This document shows positions 57,321 through 64,000 of a stretch of 64,000 bases of DNA, piece by piece. Each line of letters opens with the position of its first letter. Positions within the stretch are counted from its first letter, which is position 1. The DNA comes from Eledone cirrhosa (taxonomy: Eukaryota). The DNA is taken from the NCBI GenBank assembly GCA_964016885.1, contig OZ024745.1:113460001-113524000 (forward strand), read 5' to 3'. The notes beneath the pieces were generated by a model. It was not told where the DNA came from, did not search any database, and worked only from the letters and a program-made list of their open reading frames with translations. Made by a program: the position numbers and the translations under genes.

Positions 57321-57871
57321 ATAGTTAAAGATTGAAGGATAACATGGTCGGCTGTACAAAAAGGGTTTTATTTCTAGTATTAACAATTGTTTCATTGATC
57401 AGGTGAGTCTAAAGGCCGCTAATCTCTCGAAGTTGCGTCACTCGACCTTAAATACAGTGTTTGCCTCTGATCAAACCGATGATTTGATCAGAGGCAAACA
57501 CTGTATTTAAGGTCGAGTGACGCATCATCATCATCACCATCACTCGTCGACTACTGTCGAGATGATGGATCTCACTCTCATGCCCCATAATCCCCTGTCC
57601 CCCATCGCTGCCCCCAGGTCCTGTCTGCTGATTCCCGTATCCCTAGAGATAACGTCAGGGAATGACAGCTTCCTACTCCTAGTCAGGCTGGAGTCAGGGT
57701 TCGAGAGCAAGAGAGCGGATATGATTTCATTGCTGTCACCGCTATCACCGAGTGACGCAACTTCGAGAGATTAGCGGCCTTTAGACTCACCTGATCAATG
57801 AAACAATTGTTAATACTAGAAATAAAACTCTTTTTGTACAGCGCACCAAGTTATCCTTCAATCTTTCACTA
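57321..57871. repeat. Fold-back palindrome interrupted by an RTE fragment
   Basis: Perfect 42-bp-arm hairpin at 57434-57524. Outer arms 57321-57443 and 57750-57871. Confidence 0.85.
57525..57749 (-). mobile_element. RTE-clade LINE 3' fragment with (TGA)n tail and 11-bp TSD
   Basis: Reads LLLSNP..RSRKLSFPDVISRDTG..DLGAAMGDRGLW..*, then TGATGGTGATGATGATG. Direct repeat CGAGTGACGCA at 57514-57524 and about 57750-57760. Confidence 0.75.
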
Positions 57872-57874
57872 TAT

Positions 57875-57909
<35 letters not shown>

Positions 57910-57910
57910 C

Positions 57911-58038
<128 letters not shown>

Positions 58039-58413
58039 AACTGATGTGTTATTCGTGGGAAGAAGAAATATTCAGGTGTTCATGGAAACTACTTGGAGAA
58101 AGGAATATTACAAAATCAATCGCAATTATCTTGTGGACATCTCATGCGAGTACTGGCGAACGTTTAAATTATTTTCTGGTCATCTTGCTTGTGTTTGTGA
58201 TTGGATAATCAATTATGGCTACTCAAGAAACAGCATACGTGTGATTGAAGCACATTTCATGATTATGCAATGATGTACAGACGTGTCATACAATAATAAC
58301 TTCATCTGATAAGTTGAAGCAATCATCATTTATGTATGTATGTAAGCATGTGTATATGTATGTATGTATGTGTGTATGTAAATATGTATGTATATATGTG
58401 TGTATGTATGTAT

Positions 58414-58832
58414 GTCGGGTCACTCTTGAGTGCTACTGGTAACATGTAACCCAGTACAACGTGTCGCATGGTCGGGTCGTCGGCGACTAAGCCGGCAAAC
58501 CCACCAATTTTACTTGGTGAGGAGGGTGATTTTGGACACCCTGCAGGATAAAAAAACAAAACCTGACAAAGGGCGGAAGAACTCATAAGAGTCAATGGCC
58601 ATCCCAAAGTGTGTAAATATGTATATATACATGTATATATGTATGTATATACGCGGCGACATAGAAATAGTCGGACTAGACACTCGGTCGCGCTGTTAAA
58701 CCACTGGGAGTCAAGGACTCCTAGCCATTGTCAGGGCCTTCTTCTAGGAGAAGGCAACTCAGGAAACTGGGATATCTCCGATATAAAACCTGCGGCTCAG
58801 TAATTACCGATGATGTTGATCTTTTCTTCTTT
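58414..58832 (+). mobile_element. RTE-5'UTR-related family B with internal TATG-type microsatellite
   Basis: First ~195 bp resemble the family A head, then a TATG/TA tract and a segment shared with 61493-62057. Confidence 0.65.
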
Positions 58833-59436
58833 TGTTCTTGGGGACCAGTAATGTTTGTGCTAATGTCAACCATTCTGGTATAAGTGTATCTCCCTTAAGA
58901 ACTTGTTGGTAGAGGTCGGTAAGATATCTCCGATTGAATATCAGTTTGTTGTACCAGTAGCCGACAATTATGTCTCTTCCTGGTGTTTTCTTATCTTGGA
59001 GTTTTCCTATCACAGTCTCAAGGGTACCCTCACTTATTTCGTATGTTTTTGTTGTAGTGTAGAAGCAATAGTTCTTTTGGATTTTCTTTAGCCACACTAC
59101 ATCTTGGTTGAAATTCATCTATGTCTTTCTGGGATGAGGCCTCAGTGACATTATTATTTTGCCCTTCATATCTCTTTAGACTGATGTTTGGTTTCATCTG
59201 AATCTTTTATTAAGCACTTTTCTTTCATCTACCTTCTACAGGCAGCGGCGTTTTTCGCTAACAGCTCTAAATACTCGTTTGAGGGTGATCAGATTATGTT
59301 GAAGAGTTCTAGTTCTACTGTTACCAAACATCGTCTCTATTTTAGTGTTCACTGTTTGTTTGGGTGTAAGGAGCATTGTCACATATCCTATGGTTTTTCG
59401 TAGGTCAGCACACTTTTTTTCTATTTTAGTTATATA

Positions 59437-59586
59437 CTAGCAGAATGGTCCGGTGCTGCTCGGGATTTGCTCTAGGGTTCTTATATATTTGATATATATT
59501 TATCCTTATCGAGCCTCGTGAAATAAATACGTTTGTTTATAATTTGTTATTGTGTATGCCAAACCATCTGTACACGAATATATAAT

Positions 59587-59636
<50 letters not shown>

Positions 59637-59750
59637 TAACAGATTAAAGTTTAAACAAAGAATCACTGCTTTCACCCTTAACGGGATCTTCTGAAACTAA
59701 AAAAGTCAATCTATGAACGCAGAAGTAAATATTTCGAAAAACGTTACACA

Positions 59751-59806
<56 letters not shown>

Positions 59807-60118
59807 TATATATACATATTTACACGCACACACAGGTAGCGTTATAATGTCGTAATGCAGACAGCCAGACATACAGACAGATATTATAAGGGCGCGAAGT
59901 TATATCTATGTATCTATCTAAAAACAAAGACTAAGAATTATAGAGAGATCGCTAAATCGCCTAAGACATTGAAAATTCGAAATTTTCTTTGCTCAAAACA
60001 TTCACACGACCATAAGTATTACATGTGTAAAGTTTGAAAACAATCAGTTGGGTGGTTCTCGAGTTTTAGGGAGTCGGAGAGACAGATAGACAGACATACT
60101 CTATTTTAGATATATAGA
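59437..60118 (-). mobile_element. Non-autonomous Helitron-like element inserted in the R4-like LINE
   Basis: Minus strand A|TCTATATATCTAAAA ... CCCGAGCAGCACCGGA ... CTAG|T. Shares TCCCTAAAACTCGAGAA with the 38375 copy. Confidence 0.72.
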
Positions 60119-60291
60119 TGATGGTAATTTTGGTGGTTTTTTGTTCTTGTTAATATCTCTGCTATCACGAAGATAACGCTTCACTGTCGTTGCTAAGGCA
60201 TATAAACAGGCGTTGATTTTCCAAAATGTTTGGGGTTTTATGCGTCGTAAATATTCTTCCCCTATTTCGTCAATAACAGGTAATATTTCAA

Positions 60292-60478
60292 GGCGGTGGA
60301 TTGGCAGTATCGGTGGAGGGTCGGACGCCATGCTTTCCAGCATAGTTACGTCCCTTTACGATCTGAGTTCAAATTCCGCCGAGGTTGACTTTGCCTTTCA
60401 TCCTTACGGGGTCGATAAAATAAAGTACCAGTAATGCACTAGATAATTGCTGGCTTTGTGCCTAAATTAGAAACAATT
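60292..60478 (+). mobile_element. SINE family 1 inserted in the R4-like ORF
   Basis: Full-length copy between LINE coding segments. Confidence 0.85.
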
Positions 60479-61492
60479 ATTTGTTTTTTTTATTAAATAT
60501 TGTTGTTTTAAAACGTTCAGCAAGAGAAATGTTTATACCTGAATTAATTTCTCTCTGGAAGATTTCGTTGAGGGAAATTTTCAATTGTTTATACTTTTGA
60601 TTATTATCATTATCGATAGTATTTTCCACAATAGTCTGGATAGACTCGGATGGTACACGTGGTGTCAAATTTCTTCGATTATTATTATTATTTCTTCGAT
60701 TATTATTATTATCGATAGTGTTTTCCCCAGCTTTCGAGGTAGACTTAGATGGTACAGGTGGTGTCAAGTTTCTTACAGGCATAGTTGTTTCATGGCATTG
60801 TTCGACCTGGCTGCTAGGAAGTCTCGTACCATAACGACCTGTAGTATGTGTTGTTTATTCCATGTTTGTTGTGGGGAACTTACAATTAATAATATTTATT
60901 TTGTTTTTACGTTCAACAAAAAACGTCGCTTGTTGGCGTAATTGTTTCACTGTGAAGTGATTTAACTCTGGGTGTATTTCGCCCCATTGTAGCTTCATTC
61001 TGTTCATTTTTTATAACAATTAAAGAAATCATCATTAAGTTCGCAACTCCAAGAGAAATGCTATTTATAATTTCGGTTTCTTCTGTAGCTACAACTGAAT
61101 AAATGTTGTTTACCTTTCTCGTTTTTCTTCGGTACTCCACTGATGTTGTTGTTGTTGATGTTGTGTTCAGCCATGCTGTTTGTAGCAAATCCTTGTAAAA
61201 TGAATTATGTATTTAGTCGGATATCTCTACAAATTCGAATAAAAGGTGCCTTCAGTAGATATAGTTAGAAGAATAACCAGTTATTCAATAGACTGGTAGT
61301 TGTGGCATTACTGTCGGAGATAGTATTCATCTTAAATTTAATGAATAGTCTCCCACACCAAAATATGCGACTGATCGCGTTGACTGACTATGTATGTATG
61401 TATGTATGTATGTATGTATGTATGTATGTATGTATGTATGTATGTATGTATGTATGTATGTATGTATGTATGTATTTATGTATGTCTGATAT

Positions 61493-62057
61493 GTCGGGTT
61501 ACTCTTTAGTGCTACTGGTAACATGTACCCAGTAGAACCTGTTGCATGCACGGGTCGTCGGAGACTAATCCGGCTACCCCACCAAGTTTACTTGGTTAGG
61601 AGAGTGATTTTGGACAGCCTGCATGGACAAAAGACAAAACCTGACAAAGGGCGAAAGAACTCATAATAGTCAACAGCCATCCAAAAATGTATATATATAT
61701 ATGTATATACATGTATGCATGTGAATGTATGTATATATATATGTATATATACATATACATGTATGCATGTGTATGTATATGCGCGGAGACATAGAAATAA
61801 TCGGTCTGGATACCCGATCACGCGGTTAAACCACTGGGAATGAAGGACTCCTAGACTTTGACGGGGCATTCTTTTAGGAGAAGGCAACCCAGGAAACTGG
61901 GATAACTCTGGTATAAAACCTGCGGCTCAGTAGTTACCGACGATGTTGATCTTTTCTTCTTTTCCGGTTATAGCTACTGTCGCTCAGAGAGTGGGATTGG
62001 CCCAGTGCACCGTCTTTCCTCACTTAAAAAATATGCTCACGTACAGGCATTGCACGG
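61493..62057 (+). mobile_element. RTE-5'UTR-related family B, second copy
   Basis: Colinear with 58414-58832, including the position of the internal microsatellite. Extends further 3'. Confidence 0.65.
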
Positions 62058-62058
62058 T

Positions 62059-62142
62059 AGTCCCTTTACGATCTGAGTTCAAATCCCCCCGAGGTTGACT
62101 TTGCCTTTCATCCTTACGGGGTCGATAAAATAAAGTACCAGT
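62059..62142 (+). mobile_element. SINE family 1 middle fragment
   Basis: GTCCCTTTACGATCTGAGTTCAAATCC...AAAGTACCAGT. Confidence 0.75.
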
Positions 62143-62424
62143 ATGATTATATGCATGCGTGTGGATGTGTATTTAGGTTTGCATCTATTTGCACGAATGT
62201 ATATTTTGGTTAGATATCAATATAACTGTACCTCTCTCTATATGTGGTGTGAATATATGCACTTAGCCTTGTGCCTAAAGTAGAAACAATGAATTAATAA
62301 TTATTAGTAATGTTATATCGTGCAATGGCCATAGTCGATAACGAGGGGACAACCATCATGTATGTCTGTCTGAATGTATATGTGTATCAATGTTTTTTTT
62401 TCCATAGTATTCAATACCTATAAA

Positions 62425-62783
62425 TAATTGTTTCTACTTTTGGCACAAGGCCACCCCGTAAGGATGAAAGGCAAAGTTAACCTTGACGGGATTTGAACTC
62501 ATACCACAACGGTCCGTAACTCTTTGCTGCAAAACATGGTGTCCGACTCTCTACCGATACTGCAAATCCACCGCCAATACCTATAAATAATAATAATTGT
62601 TTCTACTTTTGGCACAAGGCCAGCAATTATCCAGTGCATTACTGGTACTTTATTTTATCGACCCCGTAAGGATGAAAGGCAAAGTTAACCTCGGCGGGAT
62701 TTGAACTCAGAATGGCAAGGGCAGTAACTCTATGCGTCAAAGCATGACGTTCAACCCTCTACCGATACTGCAAATTCACCGCC
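62425..62783 (-). mobile_element. Two tandem SINE family 1 copies
   Basis: 62425-62575 (internal deletion) and 62595-62783. CCTATAAATAAT recurs at all three junctions. Confidence 0.85.
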
Positions 62784-63109
62784 CTATAAATAATCATAAT
62801 ATAGTACTATCATTACTTTTTTTTAGTTTATGAGCTCTCTCCTTAATTTACTCATACTTCTATATCTATCACTCTAAATATCTGTTGAATTGAATATAAT
62901 ATATGTGATATGGCTAGTATTGATTTCTCTCTTGCCTGCCATCATAAATATTCTCTTCATCCGAAGGCAGTGTTCACATAATCTGATCATATGACCTCGA
63001 TCCTATATTTATGATTATATCTGAGTAAAAAGGAATTATGAAATAGCAACATAATATACGTCTACAACAGATAGACAGCCATGTACTTGTATTATTAATA
63101 AATCTGTGA

Positions 63110-63310
63110 GGGCGGTGGGTTGTCAGTATCGGTAGAGCATCGGTCAAAATACTTTGCGGCATTTAGTTGCGTCTCTTTACATTTTGAGTTCAAATCTTGC
63201 TGAGGTTAACTTGGCCTTTCATGCTTACGAGGTCGATAAAATAAAGTATTAGTAACGCACTGGGGTCGATTTAATCGACTTTCCCCACCAAAAAATCTTG
63301 TGCTGAAATC
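63110..63310 (+). mobile_element. Diverged SINE family 1 copy
   Basis: GGCGGTGG head, GAGTTCAAATC, GGTCGATAAAATAAAGTA. Confidence 0.75.
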
Positions 63311-63666
63311 AAATCTCATTATGAATAAATATGTATATAAAGAATTTCGCTTCGTTCTCATGAAGATCTGAGTTCTGTTCGACTGCAAGGTATCTAAGAC
63401 AAGTGTTATTATCCTTAACCCATAAAGAGAAGAAAACTGTATAGAAGTTCGTCCGATGACGCATGAACAGCTTGATTGAGGTATGACCTCGACGCTGACA
63501 TTTCTCTTTGACGGCGCCCCCTCACCAGATGGTCATAAATAGACTTAATAATCAACACTTGAGGGCGGCCGACAGAGGTAGAAGCTGCTAAATAGTCGGT
63601 CGTACTCTCGTCTCTGATTTTTAGCCCCATGGATTTATTATGTTATATTCCTTTGTTATATTTTGA

Positions 63667-63724
63667 ATACCTGACGATGTCACCGGATTCATAGTGAACC
63701 CGGTCATTGAAATGATTATAGTAT
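63667..63724 (+). ncRNA. Minimal type I hammerhead ribozyme motif with long stem II
   Basis: ATAC-CTGACGA-(ACCGG-A-TTCA-TAG-TGAA-C-CCGGT)-GAAA-TGATTA-TA-GTAT, followed by AATAAA and then (TA)n about 50 bp later. Confidence 0.68.
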
Positions 63725-63768
63725 AATAAATCTTTCAAGGATTTACACCAGTCCAGCCTCCTGTTATT

Positions 63769-63848
<80 letters not shown>

Positions 63849-64000
63849 TTAAAACGATGAAATAAATATATATATATATATAAGTTAAAACAATGAAATA
63901 AAAAATCAAGTCATTAGAGATATACTTCACTGCTTTACGATCGTTTCTAGATGGTGATAATACATTGTATCTATACTCAGTTATTGATCTATGTAAGTTT

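Larger units (their letters stand above)
58826..61388 (-). mobile_element. 5' portion of an R4/Dong-like LINE (5' UTR, Myb-like N-terminus, start of RT), interrupted by a SINE and a Helitron-like element
   Basis: Starts right after (CATA)n. ATG near 61174; RMKLQWGEIHPELNHFTVKQLRQQATFF (about 61005-60915); FWKINACLYALA; KTPGRDIIVGYWY..IPEWLTLAQTLLVPK. Several frameshifts. Confidence 0.75.

Noticed and set aside
63925-63985. Minus-strand CTGAGTA-TAGAT..ATCTA-GAAA-CGATCG-TA
   Set aside because: G8 is absent and there is no stem I, despite a palindromic stem III.

Overview
AT-rich, microsatellite-dense animal DNA with no host gene I can support. The repeat content resembles an octopus/coleoid cephalopod genome (inference from remembered SINE families). 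Most ORFs in the track are artefacts of (TA)n, (CA)n and (CATA)n tracts. What is supportable: (1) a 5'-truncated CR1/L2-group LINE with an uninterrupted RT frame inside (TA)n; (2) a decayed Penelope-like element (RT + GIY-YIG) and many short pLTR-like repeats, several with minimal type I hammerhead ribozyme motifs, including U3:A8 core variants; these repeats often form head-to-head fold-backs ending in (TA)n; (3) R4/Dong-like RLE LINE pieces whose 5' and 3' junctions lie in (CATA)n; (4) non-autonomous RTE-derived elements in (TATG)n; (5) an RTE insertion with twin-priming-type inversion; (6) non-autonomous Helitron-like elements; (7) about 20 copies of two tRNA-derived SINE families. The most interesting signal is a set of retroelements partitioned among microsatellite types, with ribozyme-associated fold-backs. 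All family assignments and RNA folds were read by eye; no searches were run, and boundaries are approximate to a few bp.
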